A DNA stretch of 64,000 nt from an uncultured Alphaproteobacteria bacterium (lineage in GTDB: Bacteria > Pseudomonadota > Alphaproteobacteria > Rs-D84): NCBI GenBank assembly GCA_946623825.1, contig CAMORN010000002.1, positions 152,184 to 216,183 of the forward strand. The letters are read 5' to 3'. Below the pieces are notes generated by a model. The model was not told the origin of the DNA. It did no database searches and saw only the letters and a list, made by a program, of their open reading frames with translations. A program made the position numbers and the translations under genes. Positions 26,220 to 35,673 of this stretch are shown one piece after another. How positions within the stretch are numbered: the stretch's first letter is position 1; each line of letters starts with the position of its first letter.

Positions 26220-27776
26220 ATGAAAGGCGTTTTGTTTTCGGTTTTTATGATTATTGGTTTGTGCAATCATGGCTTTGCAATTAGTTATGATACAAATACG
26301 AACACAAACAGTTTTAATGAAAATGAAATAATTATTCCAGAAAATGTTGTTGTTCATTCTGATACTGGGTATATTATCGTGAACAAACAGGAAATGATTG
26401 TTCAAAATAATGGGACAATAGATTCTGTTTTAGATACTAATTCTAACAATTTAAAAATTAAAAATACCGGAAATATTGGTGGGGTATATATAAACGGACT
26501 TTCGTCTTTTACCCAGATAATCAGCAATAATTCTGAAATCACAAATATAAATGTCAGCGGTGATATAAACAGATTTAATGTCAGTGTTGAAAATTTTAAT
26601 GGGGTAAATTTTTCAGATATAAAAGATTTGAATGCAAATAAATTTTCTTTCATAGAATCTGTTATTGTTATAGACGATTTTGCAGATTGGAATAATTTTG
26701 AAAAGACGGTTTCTTTTATTGATAATAATAATACTTTGGTTATTACAAATTCGTATACGGTTGAATCTGGGACTTATATCAAAAATACTGGTGGTGCAAC
26801 AAATGTAGAAGTTATTATCAGCGATCAAGATAAATTGCACAAGGCACAAACAATCAAAGAGATATATGGAACACGGTTGTATGTTGTTCGAGAAACAAAT
26901 TATCAGAAAATTTTTGATTCTGATAATCGTGGTGTTTTATTGTCGGTCTTGCAAAACACTGAACCAAACAATAAATTGTTGTTAGCCATGAACAAGGCTG
27001 ATAATATGTCCGAATTAAATAATGTTATGAATTCTTCATATAGATTTAATAATAAAATTTTATTAAAGCCGTTAAATATTATGAATAAATTTAATTTTAT
27101 TTATGAAAACGATAAAAATAATAAAATAGGTTTTGTTCCGTTTTATATGGGCGGAGACAAGATGTCTGGATTCGGCGGAAATTTGTATATAAACGGAAAA
27201 TATGAAAAATTTGATTTTTCGTTAAATGTATATGCAAACAAATTTGTTTATCAAGATTCTTTCGAAGATTTTAGTGGATTATCATTTGGCGGTGATGTAA
27301 AAATTCAAACAGATATAAATAATGATTATTGGTTGCGTGCTGTTTCTGGGGCTTCTTTTACAAAATACAAAACTGGGAATATTTATCATAAAAATAAAAT
27401 AGAAAAAGACCCAAATGGACAATCATTGTATTTTTTAGCTGATGTCGGACAAGATTTTAATATTGTTGATAATTTGAGTGTATCGCCGTTTATAGGATTG
27501 GATATAAGTAGATTGTCTGTTTTAAACAAAACAGATTTAAATTTAGATTTGCGTGCTGGTGCGGATATAAAATATTTCTTTATTATGGATGATATTAAAT
27601 ATAAATATGGCGCAATGTTTGGTATAAATACCGCCAGTGATTTGTTTGGTAAAATTAATATTGGTTTTGATGCTGTACAAGACAAAGCAGGGGCATCAAT
27701 ATCTTTTGATGTGATAGACAGCTCAGATTTTGGATTGAATTATAAATTCAGTTTGAATGCAAATGTCGAATTTTAA
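26220..27776 (+). CDS. Autotransporter-like protein (Asn/Ile-rich passenger plus C-terminal beta-barrel)
   Basis: Signal peptide and an N-rich repetitive N-terminal half. The C-terminal ~250 aa have alternating strands ending FSLNANVEF (aromatic terminus). No clear SD. Confidence 0.5.
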   Translation: MKGVLFSVFMIIGLCNHGFAISYDTNTNTNSFNENEIIIPENVVVHSDTGYIIVNKQEMIVQNNGTIDSVLDTNSNNLKIKNTGNIGGVYINGLSSFTQIISNNSEITNINVSGDINRFNVSVENFNGVNFSDIKDLNANKFSFIESVIVIDDFADWNNFEKTVSFIDNNNTLVITNSYTVESGTYIKNTGGATNVEVIISDQDKLHKAQTIKEIYGTRLYVVRETNYQKIFDSDNRGVLLSVLQNTEPNNKLLLAMNKADNMSELNNVMNSSYRFNNKILLKPLNIMNKFNFIYENDKNNKIGFVPFYMGGDKMSGFGGNLYINGKYEKFDFSLNVYANKFVYQDSFEDFSGLSFGGDVKIQTDINNDYWLRAVSGASFTKYKTGNIYHKNKIEKDPNGQSLYFLADVGQDFNIVDNLSVSPFIGLDISRLSVLNKTDLNLDLRAGADIKYFFIMDDIKYKYGAMFGINTASDLFGKINIGFDAVQDKAGASISFDVIDSSDFGLNYKFSLNANVEF

Positions 27777-29087
27777 TTATTTTATAATTTCACCACGCAG
27801 GGATGCTTTGTTCGCATCTGTGATTTTTATTTTCTGCAAAGGTTCGATTTCATAATCTGGTTTTTCAACAATACATTGTTGCATATAAGGTGTTCTGAAT
27901 ACCAGATGACGTTTTGTTTTATCAATTCCTTCTAATAAACAAACCATTTCCTTACCAATGCAAGACATATTAAATTCGCGTTGGTTCTCATTTAATTGTG
28001 CGTCCAATTTTTGTAATCTTACAGATTTAATTTGTTCGCTAATTTGGTTGGGCATAATTGCCGCAGCAGTATGTGGACGCGGTGAATATTTAAATGAATA
28101 AGAATTTATATATTTGATTTCTTTTGCGATATTCAATGTTTCGTTGAAATCTTCTTCGGTTTCATCTGGAAAACCAACGATAAAATCAGATGAAATTTGT
28201 ATATCTGGACGAACAGATTTTAATCTTGAAACAATATTTCTGTAAATACTCAAATCATCTGGACGATTCATTCTTTTTAATGTTCTTGGTGAACCGCTTT
28301 GAATTGGCATATTCAAGAAAGGTAATAATTTTTCTTCGGTTCCAAAGATTTCAATTAAATCATCACTCATTTCTGTTGGATAACTGGAAGTGAAACGTAT
28401 ACGGTGGATTTCTGGTAATTTTGCGGCTTCTTTAATCAAATCAGATAAACGATATAATTTACCGTTTTCATCTGTATATTTATAGCCGTTTACATTTTGT
28501 CCCAAAAAACAAATTTCAATCGCGCCTGTTTTTGCAGCGTTTATTGTGTCTGCAACAATATCTTTAAATGGACGAGAAATTTCGCGGCCACGGGTATAAG
28601 GAACAATACAATAAGTGCAACAATGATTGCATCCTTCTTGAACCGGTATATATGCGACCAATGGTGATTTATTCATTTGTGGCAATTCATCAAATTTTTC
28701 AAGTCCAGTTAAATCTATGTTTAATAATCTTGATTCTGGATTTGTGATGATTTCTGGTAATTTATGATAACTCTGAGGCCCCAAAACAAAATTTAATTCA
28801 GGAATTCTTTTAAAAGCATCGGCACCAGATTCGCGTGCAACACAACCAACAATACCAAACAGGGCAGATGGCTTTTTTGCACATCTGATACGACCCAATG
28901 CAGAATAAACTTTGTTTGTTGCTTTCTCACGAACAGAGCAGGTATTCAATATAATTAAATCAGCGTCACCGATTTCGTCTGTTTGTGTAAGTCCGTGTTT
29001 TTCAAGCATGGCGGCGATTCTTTGTCCGTCATATACATTCATTTGGCAACCAAAAGTTTGTATAAAAAATTTCTGCATTTTTGACAT
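27777..29087 (-). CDS. miaB: tRNA-2-methylthio-N6-dimethylallyladenosine synthase MiaB
   Basis: N-terminal FIQTFGCQMN, radical-SAM CNHCCTYC and a TRAM C-terminus. 436 aa. Confidence 0.9.
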   Translation of the reverse strand: MSKMQKFFIQTFGCQMNVYDGQRIAAMLEKHGLTQTDEIGDADLIILNTCSVREKATNKVYSALGRIRCAKKPSALFGIVGCVARESGADAFKRIPELNFVLGPQSYHKLPEIITNPESRLLNIDLTGLEKFDELPQMNKSPLVAYIPVQEGCNHCCTYCIVPYTRGREISRPFKDIVADTINAAKTGAIEICFLGQNVNGYKYTDENGKLYRLSDLIKEAAKLPEIHRIRFTSSYPTEMSDDLIEIFGTEEKLLPFLNMPIQSGSPRTLKRMNRPDDLSIYRNIVSRLKSVRPDIQISSDFIVGFPDETEEDFNETLNIAKEIKYINSYSFKYSPRPHTAAAIMPNQISEQIKSVRLQKLDAQLNENQREFNMSCIGKEMVCLLEGIDKTKRHLVFRTPYMQQCIVEKPDYEIEPLQKIKITDANKASLRGEIIK

Positions 29088-29089
29088 TT

Positions 29090-29254
29090 TTAGTGTTGTG
29101 TTTTTGTTTGTTCTTGATTTACATGTAAGACAGTTTGTTTTACTTGTATTGTTTTTTGTTCCTCCTTTAATACCTCTGGTTTTAATTTAATAACTTTACC
29201 AGGACGTAACAATTGTCTCAATATTTCTTTCATTTCTGGTGAAAGTTCTGCCAT
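29090..29254 (-). CDS. Hypothetical small protein (54 aa), not in the ORF track
   Basis: Own translation: MAELSPEMKEILRQLLRPGKVIKLKPEVLKEEQKTIQVKQTVLHVNQEQTKTQH*. SD aggaaa. The stop lies 2 nt before the miaB ATG. Confidence 0.35.
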   Translation of the reverse strand: MAELSPEMKEILRQLLRPGKVIKLKPEVLKEEQKTIQVKQTVLHVNQEQTKTQH

Positions 29255-29270
29255 TTTCGTATTTCCTTTT

Positions 29271-29603
29271 TTATCTTCTTCTTGTTGTGTTAAACATCAA
29301 TTTATGACTTAGTTTTGTTTTATTAAAACGTTTTATATCAACTGTTTTTGGAACATATTGTTTCATTTTCTTTGTTGATATTATTGGCATTTCTATTGGA
29401 TATGCGACAAGTTCATAAGGTTTTGAATTTAATTTTTCAAAAATTTTCTGAATACTTTCTTCTATATCTTCTTTTTGTATTACAAGATTTGCACAATTTA
29501 TATCGTGTGTTATTTCAATATGATTCAGGGATAAAACATGTGCTATTTTATCCCGCATCATATAATCTATGTCTGGCGAAATAAAGACAATGACGTCTCG
29601 CAT
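29271..29603 (-). CDS. Hypothetical protein (110 aa) with a basic C-terminal tail
   Basis: ORF 5 nt downstream of the gatB stop on the same strand. No recognisable motif. Confidence 0.45.
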   Translation of the reverse strand: MRDVIVFISPDIDYMMRDKIAHVLSLNHIEITHDINCANLVIQKEDIEESIQKIFEKLNSKPYELVAYPIEMPIISTKKMKQYVPKTVDIKRFNKTKLSHKLMFNTTRRR

Positions 29604-29608
29604 ATTTT

Positions 29609-31135
29609 TTAAGCCAATTTTTGTTTCAATAAATCACTTACCATTGCAGGATTTGCCTGACCATGGGTTGCCTTCATAACATTACCAACAAAGAAACCAA
29701 GTAATCCAACCTTGCCAGATTTATATTGTTCAACCTGAGATGGATTATTTTTGATAACTTCATCAACAGCACTTTCAATTGCGCCAGTATCTGTAATTTG
29801 TTTCATACCATATTTATCGGCAATTTCATGAATTGTGCCACGTTCGCCATCAAGCATTTTGATAAATATTTCTTTTGCCTGTTTTCCATTGATTTCATTG
29901 CTTGCAATCATATCAACTAATTCGGCAATATTTTCAGGCGTAATAATACGAGGGGCATCCGGATCTGAATTTTCTTTGATTTCATTTGTGATGTCAAAGT
30001 TTTCAGGGTGAGCAAACAATTCAGAAATCATCCAGTTTGCAACTGGTTTTGCACGTTCTTTTTTACCCTGAACCGCAGAATCATACCAATGGGAAATATC
30101 AGTTGTTTCTGTTAAACGATTTGCATCGTATTCAGTTAAACCATATTCATTGATATATCTTGCGCGGGTTGCGGCAGGCAATTCCGGCATCGTTTTACGA
30201 ATGCGTTCAATTTCTTCGTCACTAATAACCAATTCCAATAAATCTGGGTCCGGGAAATAACGATAATCAAGTGCATCTTCTTTGCTGCGTAAAACAGATG
30301 TTGTACCTTCGTCTTGGTTATAGCGCATAGTGTCTTGTGTTACAGTGCCACCATTTTCATAAATTTCAATTTGACGACGTGCTTCATATTCAATAGCACT
30401 TTTAATAAATTTAAATGAAACCATATTTTTTGTTTCCGTTCTGGTTCTGAAAGTTTTTTCACCAACCGGACGAACAGATACATTTACGTCGGCACGCATA
30501 GAACCTTCTTCCATGTTTGCTTTTGAAACGCCAAGTGCACGTGCAATTTCACGAATTTCGCGCAGATATCTTTCAGCTTCATCTGGGGATGTTATATAAG
30601 AATTATTTTCAGGATTTTTAACATCCAAAAATGTTACGATTTCAAGCAACATAACACCACTGCGGTTATAATCTACGAAAGATTTAGTAGGGTGCATATC
30701 GTGTTTGTTTTTCGCAGCGTCTTGTTCCATGTGTGCACGTTCAATGAAAATCTTTTTTTGATTTCCGTCGTCACCCAAAATTTCAACCCAGCCACGACCA
30801 ACCACAGGTGGTTCTTCTGCAGGTTGAGAAATCTGATAACCCTGAGGAAGATCTGGATAAAAATATTGTTTACGGGCAAATTTAGAACGATGGGAAATTT
30901 GAGCGTTTATTCCCAAACCAAATTTGATTGCCTGTTCAACACAGTATTTATTTAATACTGGCAACATGCCCGGCATTGCGACGTCAACCATACATGCCTG
31001 AGTGTTTGGGGCGATAGTTGGATTATAGTTTGCAGATGCACCGCTGAATAATTTACTGTTAGATAAAACCTCTATGTGTGTTTCCAATCCAATAACTACT
31101 TCCCAATCTGTTGTTTTGCCTTTTATCGTAAACAT
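29609..31135 (-). CDS. gatB: Asp/Glu-tRNA amidotransferase subunit B
   Basis: WEVVIGLETHIEV, PGMLPVLN and YFPDPDL motifs, plus a YqeY-like C-terminus. 508 aa. Confidence 0.9.
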   Translation of the reverse strand: MFTIKGKTTDWEVVIGLETHIEVLSNSKLFSGASANYNPTIAPNTQACMVDVAMPGMLPVLNKYCVEQAIKFGLGINAQISHRSKFARKQYFYPDLPQGYQISQPAEEPPVVGRGWVEILGDDGNQKKIFIERAHMEQDAAKNKHDMHPTKSFVDYNRSGVMLLEIVTFLDVKNPENNSYITSPDEAERYLREIREIARALGVSKANMEEGSMRADVNVSVRPVGEKTFRTRTETKNMVSFKFIKSAIEYEARRQIEIYENGGTVTQDTMRYNQDEGTTSVLRSKEDALDYRYFPDPDLLELVISDEEIERIRKTMPELPAATRARYINEYGLTEYDANRLTETTDISHWYDSAVQGKKERAKPVANWMISELFAHPENFDITNEIKENSDPDAPRIITPENIAELVDMIASNEINGKQAKEIFIKMLDGERGTIHEIADKYGMKQITDTGAIESAVDEVIKNNPSQVEQYKSGKVGLLGFFVGNVMKATHGQANPAMVSDLLKQKLA

Positions 31136-31186
31136 TTTTATTTTTCCTTGCTTTTTTGTTTTTTATAATATAATATGACTTTCGTT

Positions 31187-31262
31187 GGCTAGATAGCTCA
31201 GTTGGTAGAGCAAGGGACTGAAAATCCCTGTGTCAGTGGTTCGATTCCACTTCTAGCCACCA
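31187..31262 (+). tRNA. tRNA-Phe (anticodon GAA), CCA encoded
   Basis: Hand-folded: GGCTAGA/TCTAGCC acceptor, AGGGA-CTGAAAA-TCCCT anticodon arm, AGTGG-TTCGATT-CCACT T arm. It is on the strand opposite to gatA and gatB. Confidence 0.9.
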
Positions 31263-31307
31263 TTTTTTTTACCAATTTTTTCCCAGTCATTTTTATTTCT
31301 TTTGTTT

Positions 31308-32777
31308 TTATTCGCCCATAATTGTTGTTGGACGGTTGTCTATATTTGCCGATGTTTCAATATGTTTTGCGAGTTGTAATACACGCATATCTGCAAATCT
31401 TGGACCAACAACCTGCATACCAAGTGGTAATCCGTTTTGTGCCAAACCGCATGGAACAGATACCGCAGGAACACCAGCCAAATTCATAGCAACTGTGAAT
31501 AAATCAAGTGCATAATATTCAAGTGGTGTTAAATCTGAATCAAGTGGCATTGCAGTTCCCGCACTGGCAGGGCAAACAATTAAATCGCATTGTTCGAATG
31601 CTGTTTTGAAACTGTCTGATATCATACGACGAACACGTGCAGCCTGCATGAAATATACTTCGTAAGATTCACTTGATAAAACTGCAGTTCCAATCAACAT
31701 ACGACGTTGCACTTCTTCTCCGAAACCAGCAGCACGTGTCTTTTTATATGTGTCATATGGACCGTCGCCTTCAACACGCAGGCCGTATCTCATACCATCA
31801 TAACGCGCCAGATTAGAAGATGCTTCTGCTGGGGCGATAATGTAATATGCCGCCAATGCGTCTAAAATATTTGGAATTGAAACTTCTACAATTTCTGCAC
31901 CCATAGATTTCAAATCAGCAATACGTTTTTCAAACAGGTTTTTCATATCGTCTGAAATTTTTACAGAATTGAATTCTTTGATGATTCCAACTTTCAATTT
32001 TTTGCCATCGCCTAAAATTGGTTGAACATTTCCGTCTGAATCAAAATGCGCTTCTGGGGAACTGGTTGAATCTTTGTCATCATGTCCCGCCATTGCAGAT
32101 AACATCAATGCTGCATCATCAACAGTTCTTGCAATTGGACCCGGTGTATCAAGACTTGATGCAAATGCGATACAACCCCAACGGGAACATAAACCATACG
32201 TTGGTTTCATACCAACAAGGCCAGTCATTGCAGATGGAAAACGAATAGAACCACCAGTATCGGTTCCTGTTGCAGCGATAGCAAGACCACCAGCAACAGA
32301 ACTTGTAGAACCGCCAGATGAACCACCAGCTGTTAAATGTTTTTCAATTTGCCATGGGTTGACAGGTGCGCCAAAGAAAGATGTTTTTGAGAAAGTTCCC
32401 ATTGCAAATTCATCAAGGTTTGCTTTACCCAACAAAACAGTTCCAGCATTTATTAAATTTTGTGAAACGGTAGATTCATAATGTGGAACAAAATTTTCCA
32501 ACATACGTGATGCAGCGGTTGTGCGAATACCGCGTGTTGCAAATAAATCTTTCATTGCGATTGGCATACCGTCCAATGGTAATGAGTTTCCATTTTTATA
32601 ACGTTCATCAGATTCAGCTGCATCTTTCAATGCGCGTTCTGGTGTTGTTGTGATATAGCAATTTAATGCAGAGCCATATTTTTCAATGCGTTCCAAATAT
32701 GCACGTGTCAATTCAGTAGCAGAAATAGAACGATTTTTTAATTTTTCTAATGCTTCTTTGATTGTTAAATTTATCAT
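31308..32777 (-). CDS. gatA: Glutamyl-tRNA(Gln) amidotransferase subunit A
   Basis: Amidase signature GGSSGGSTSSVAGG..ATGTDTGGSIRFPSA. 489 aa. Confidence 0.9.
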   Translation of the reverse strand: MINLTIKEALEKLKNRSISATELTRAYLERIEKYGSALNCYITTTPERALKDAAESDERYKNGNSLPLDGMPIAMKDLFATRGIRTTAASRMLENFVPHYESTVSQNLINAGTVLLGKANLDEFAMGTFSKTSFFGAPVNPWQIEKHLTAGGSSGGSTSSVAGGLAIAATGTDTGGSIRFPSAMTGLVGMKPTYGLCSRWGCIAFASSLDTPGPIARTVDDAALMLSAMAGHDDKDSTSSPEAHFDSDGNVQPILGDGKKLKVGIIKEFNSVKISDDMKNLFEKRIADLKSMGAEIVEVSIPNILDALAAYYIIAPAEASSNLARYDGMRYGLRVEGDGPYDTYKKTRAAGFGEEVQRRMLIGTAVLSSESYEVYFMQAARVRRMISDSFKTAFEQCDLIVCPASAGTAMPLDSDLTPLEYYALDLFTVAMNLAGVPAVSVPCGLAQNGLPLGMQVVGPRFADMRVLQLAKHIETSANIDNRPTTIMGE

Positions 32778-33139
32778 CTGATATTTTCCTGTTGTTTTAT
32801 TGTTGTATTACGTTTGTTTTCTAATTCTGCCAATTTCGTTTCCATTTTCGCAATTGCAATCTTAAGTTTTTCTATATTAGATTTTATTTCATCTATTTCT
32901 TGTGCGTCTTCATATTTATCGTTTAAAAAATTTTTTACAAAAGCTTGGACTTCATCAATAGTTTTTTTACCGGCATTTCGTTTGTGATTAAAATAAGGTA
33001 CACCGTTTTCGCCATATTTACTAAAATAATCTATGAATTTTTGTACGGTATCGATATCATTCTCCCGAAGCAAATTCCTTGCACGAGTAGAAAGTTCTTT
33101 CAAATGTTTTATCTCCATTGAGCCAGGGTATTTCATCAT
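32774..33139 (-). CDS. Stand-alone RNA polymerase alpha-CTD-like (helix-hairpin-helix) protein with a coiled-coil tail
   Basis: IKHLKELSTRARNLLRENDIDTVQKF...NAGKKTIDEVQAFV matches the alpha-CTD pattern L.LS.R..N.L....I......(GKKS..EI). The C-terminal 45 aa are heptad-like. ATGA overlap with gatA. Confidence 0.5.
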   Translation of the reverse strand: MMKYPGSMEIKHLKELSTRARNLLRENDIDTVQKFIDYFSKYGENGVPYFNHKRNAGKKTIDEVQAFVKNFLNDKYEDAQEIDEIKSNIEKLKIAIAKMETKLAELENKRNTTIKQQENIR

Positions 33140-33154
33140 GTTAGTTGCCTTTCT

Positions 33155-33448
33155 TTATTCGTCCATGATTTTTGGTACTGCGAAATAACCACGTGATACA
33201 CCCGCTTTATCTGGTGTATTTGCTAAAATATCTTCACGCATATTTGGTTCTGTTACGACATCTTCACGGCATGGTAAATTATGTTCAGCAGGATTCAACA
33301 TAGGTTTTACACCCGTTGTATCTATCTGTTGTAATTTATCTAACCATTCAACGACAGAATCGATGTTCATTTTTTCCATTTTTTCATCAGATATTTCAAT
33401 TTTGATTAAATCTGCGAATTTTTTTAATTGTTGCTTGCTAAATGCCAT
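33155..33448 (-). CDS. gatC: Asp/Glu-tRNA amidotransferase subunit C
   Basis: MAFSKQQLKKFADLIKIEISDEKMEK...REDV..P. 97 aa from the ATG at 33448. Confidence 0.8.
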   Translation of the reverse strand: MAFSKQQLKKFADLIKIEISDEKMEKMNIDSVVEWLDKLQQIDTTGVKPMLNPAEHNLPCREDVVTEPNMREDILANTPDKAGVSRGYFAVPKIMDE

Positions 33449-33485
33449 TTTCAATCCTATATTTATACACAAGAGGAATTATACA

Positions 33486-33932
33486 ATGATTTTATCTGAT
33501 TACAAGGATTTTCCGCATACAGGAAGAATTTTAGGACTGGATTGGGGACTGCGTCGTTGCGGGGTTGCTGTGTCAGATGAAAAACGTGATTTTGTTTTTG
33601 TCAGGGACCAGATAAATATCAAGGAACAATCCGAATTGATATCTGCTGTGTTGGCTTTGTTTCAAGACGACAAAATTGTTGGTATTGTTATTGGTTTGCC
33701 ATTACATGCAGATGGGACTGATTCAGATACCACGAAAATGGTGCGTCAATTTGCGGGTGATTTAAGCAAAAAAACAGATTTACCAATTATTTTTATAGAA
33801 GAAAATTTGACCAGCACTATGGCTGAACAAGAAATGACAAAAAAGAGCAGGGCAAAGATAAAAACCGAACTCGATTCTTTGTCTGCCAAGATAATCTTGG
33901 AAAATGCTATTTCTGTATTGAAAAGAATTTAA
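33486..33932 (+). CDS. ruvX: Putative pre-16S rRNA nuclease / Holliday junction resolvase-like YqgF (RuvX)
   Basis: RILGLDWGLRRCGVAVSD and GLPLHADGTDS motifs. The start is set at ATG 33486 because the ORF-track start overlaps gatC. Confidence 0.8.
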   Translation: MILSDYKDFPHTGRILGLDWGLRRCGVAVSDEKRDFVFVRDQINIKEQSELISAVLALFQDDKIVGIVIGLPLHADGTDSDTTKMVRQFAGDLSKKTDLPIIFIEENLTSTMAEQEMTKKSRAKIKTELDSLSAKIILENAISVLKRI

Positions 33933-34966
33933 TTGCTTTCTTCTGGAATTTTACCGTCGCTGGATAACAATACCGCAATCCATCTGGTAGAAGAAAATTG
34001 TGCGGTTGTGATGTATATAGCAACCAAAATAGGAACACTGAAAAACATTCCCGCTAATCCCCAAATCATACCCCAGAATACCAAATTGATAAGTATTGCC
34101 AATGTTGAAATATTCAATGTTTTACCAGTCAATTTTGGGTCAAGAATATTTCCAAATATTGTTTCAATTACAATCAAAGAAATTGCTGTGAACAAGGCAA
34201 GATGCCATGTGTCGCCACTAATCAAAGCGTACAGAATTGGTAATGCACATGCCAATATTGAACCAATTGTTGGTATATAATTTAATATGAATATTATAAA
34301 CGCCCAAACAGACGCATATTCAAGACCTATCATTTTCAATAATATATATGCACTGACACCGGTTGCAGCAGATATAAATGTTTTTGTAAATAAATATTTT
34401 TTCATATTTTCATCAATGCTGGTCAAGATATAACGCAATTTTTTTTCTTTTATTTTAGTTAATTGCAAAGAATTTATCTTTTTTCCAAAAGAGCTTTGTT
34501 CTATGAACATAAATATCAAATAGATAATAACCATACCAGTTGATGTCGCGATTCCCGCCAATGAAGAACCAATGTATGCAGCGGTTTGTGTTAAATCTGG
34601 CAACATAGACATATCAAATGTTATGCCTGTTTGTTGAGAAAGGAATTGTGTAAATGTAAAAAGTTTTTGTTGTAAAATTGGGGTTGCGTTATACAACTGG
34701 GATAACATAGGACGTATTTGTGTTGCAAATAAATAAATCACACCAAACACAGATGCGAAAGACAAAATATAAGATATAGTATCGAATGTTTTTGATAAAT
34801 AAATATTGCAAGAAACTTTTTTTGTGCACGGCATTATTCGTCTGTAATATGTGGAAATAGCGTTTAACAAATACCACAAAAATGCTGCAAATAAAATTGG
34901 AATAAATATAGAACGACCAATCCATAAAATAAATATCAAAGATATAAATAATACCAGACTGTGCAT
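33929..34966 (-). CDS. AI-2E family (PerM-like) transporter
   Basis: 345 aa with about 8 TM segments, including the conserved YIPTIGS and LDPKL..K segments. Confidence 0.65.
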   Translation of the reverse strand: MHSLVLFISLIFILWIGRSIFIPILFAAFLWYLLNAISTYYRRIMPCTKKVSCNIYLSKTFDTISYILSFASVFGVIYLFATQIRPMLSQLYNATPILQQKLFTFTQFLSQQTGITFDMSMLPDLTQTAAYIGSSLAGIATSTGMVIIYLIFMFIEQSSFGKKINSLQLTKIKEKKLRYILTSIDENMKKYLFTKTFISAATGVSAYILLKMIGLEYASVWAFIIFILNYIPTIGSILACALPILYALISGDTWHLALFTAISLIVIETIFGNILDPKLTGKTLNISTLAILINLVFWGMIWGLAGMFFSVPILVAIYITTAQFSSTRWIAVLLSSDGKIPEESN

Positions 34967-34992
34967 AATGTAGACCTCTTGTTTATATAAAT

Positions 34993-35670
34993 CTATTTTA
35001 CCACAATTTTACCATTCTCTAAAGTGATTGTTTTTGTGACGCCGATTTTAGATGTAAAATTATCTTGGTGTGAAATGAATATAAATGTTGTTTCCTTCAT
35101 TTCGTTTATAGTGTTTGCGATTTGTTCTTGGACATCTTTATCTGCACCAGAATCTGGTTCGTCCAGAATTGCAATTTTTGGATTTGTTAAAATTAATCGT
35201 AATAACATTATACGTTTTCTTTCCCCGCCAGAAAAACCAACGTTGACAGAGCGATTTAGCCATTCTTTTGGTATGTTTAATTTTTCGCGTGCCGATTCTA
35301 GTTTTTCAAGAAATTCACCCATTGATAAATCTTTGCCGTTTTCAAAATGTTTGTGTGCAATCATTGAATGCTTCAAGAAAGACAACACGGTTAATCCCGG
35401 AATTTCAGGGACATTTTGCGCACCTAAAAATATACCTAATAATGCGCGGGTTGTTGCATTTTCGTTTGTGATGTCTTTGCCGTCAAAAATAATTTGACCA
35501 TTATCAATATTGTATTCAGGGTTACCTGCAATAACGTTTACCAATGTAGATTTACCAGAACCATTATGACCGGCGATTCTGAATCTGTCGCCATTTTGCA
35601 CAGTAAAGTTTATATCTTCTAATAATTTTTTAGAGTCCATTGAAACGGACAAATTTTTTATCTCTAACAT
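34993..35670 (-). CDS. sufC: Fe-S cluster assembly ATPase SufC
   Basis: Walker A GHNGSGKST, signature FSGGERKR and Walker B ILDEPDSG. Confidence 0.85.
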   Translation of the reverse strand: MLEIKNLSVSMDSKKLLEDINFTVQNGDRFRIAGHNGSGKSTLVNVIAGNPEYNIDNGQIIFDGKDITNENATTRALLGIFLGAQNVPEIPGLTVLSFLKHSMIAHKHFENGKDLSMGEFLEKLESAREKLNIPKEWLNRSVNVGFSGGERKRIMLLRLILTNPKIAILDEPDSGADKDVQEQIANTINEMKETTFIFISHQDNFTSKIGVTKTITLENGKIVVK

Positions 35671-35673
35671 TTT

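Noticed and set aside
27771-27780. Zero-nucleotide gap between the convergent stop codons of the autotransporter-like gene and miaB, considered as a possible mis-assembly or gene fusion.
   Set aside because: Both reading frames end in clean stop codons (TAA at 27774-27776; TAA on the minus strand at 27779-27777). This degree of compaction fits the rest of the window, and nothing further could be supported.
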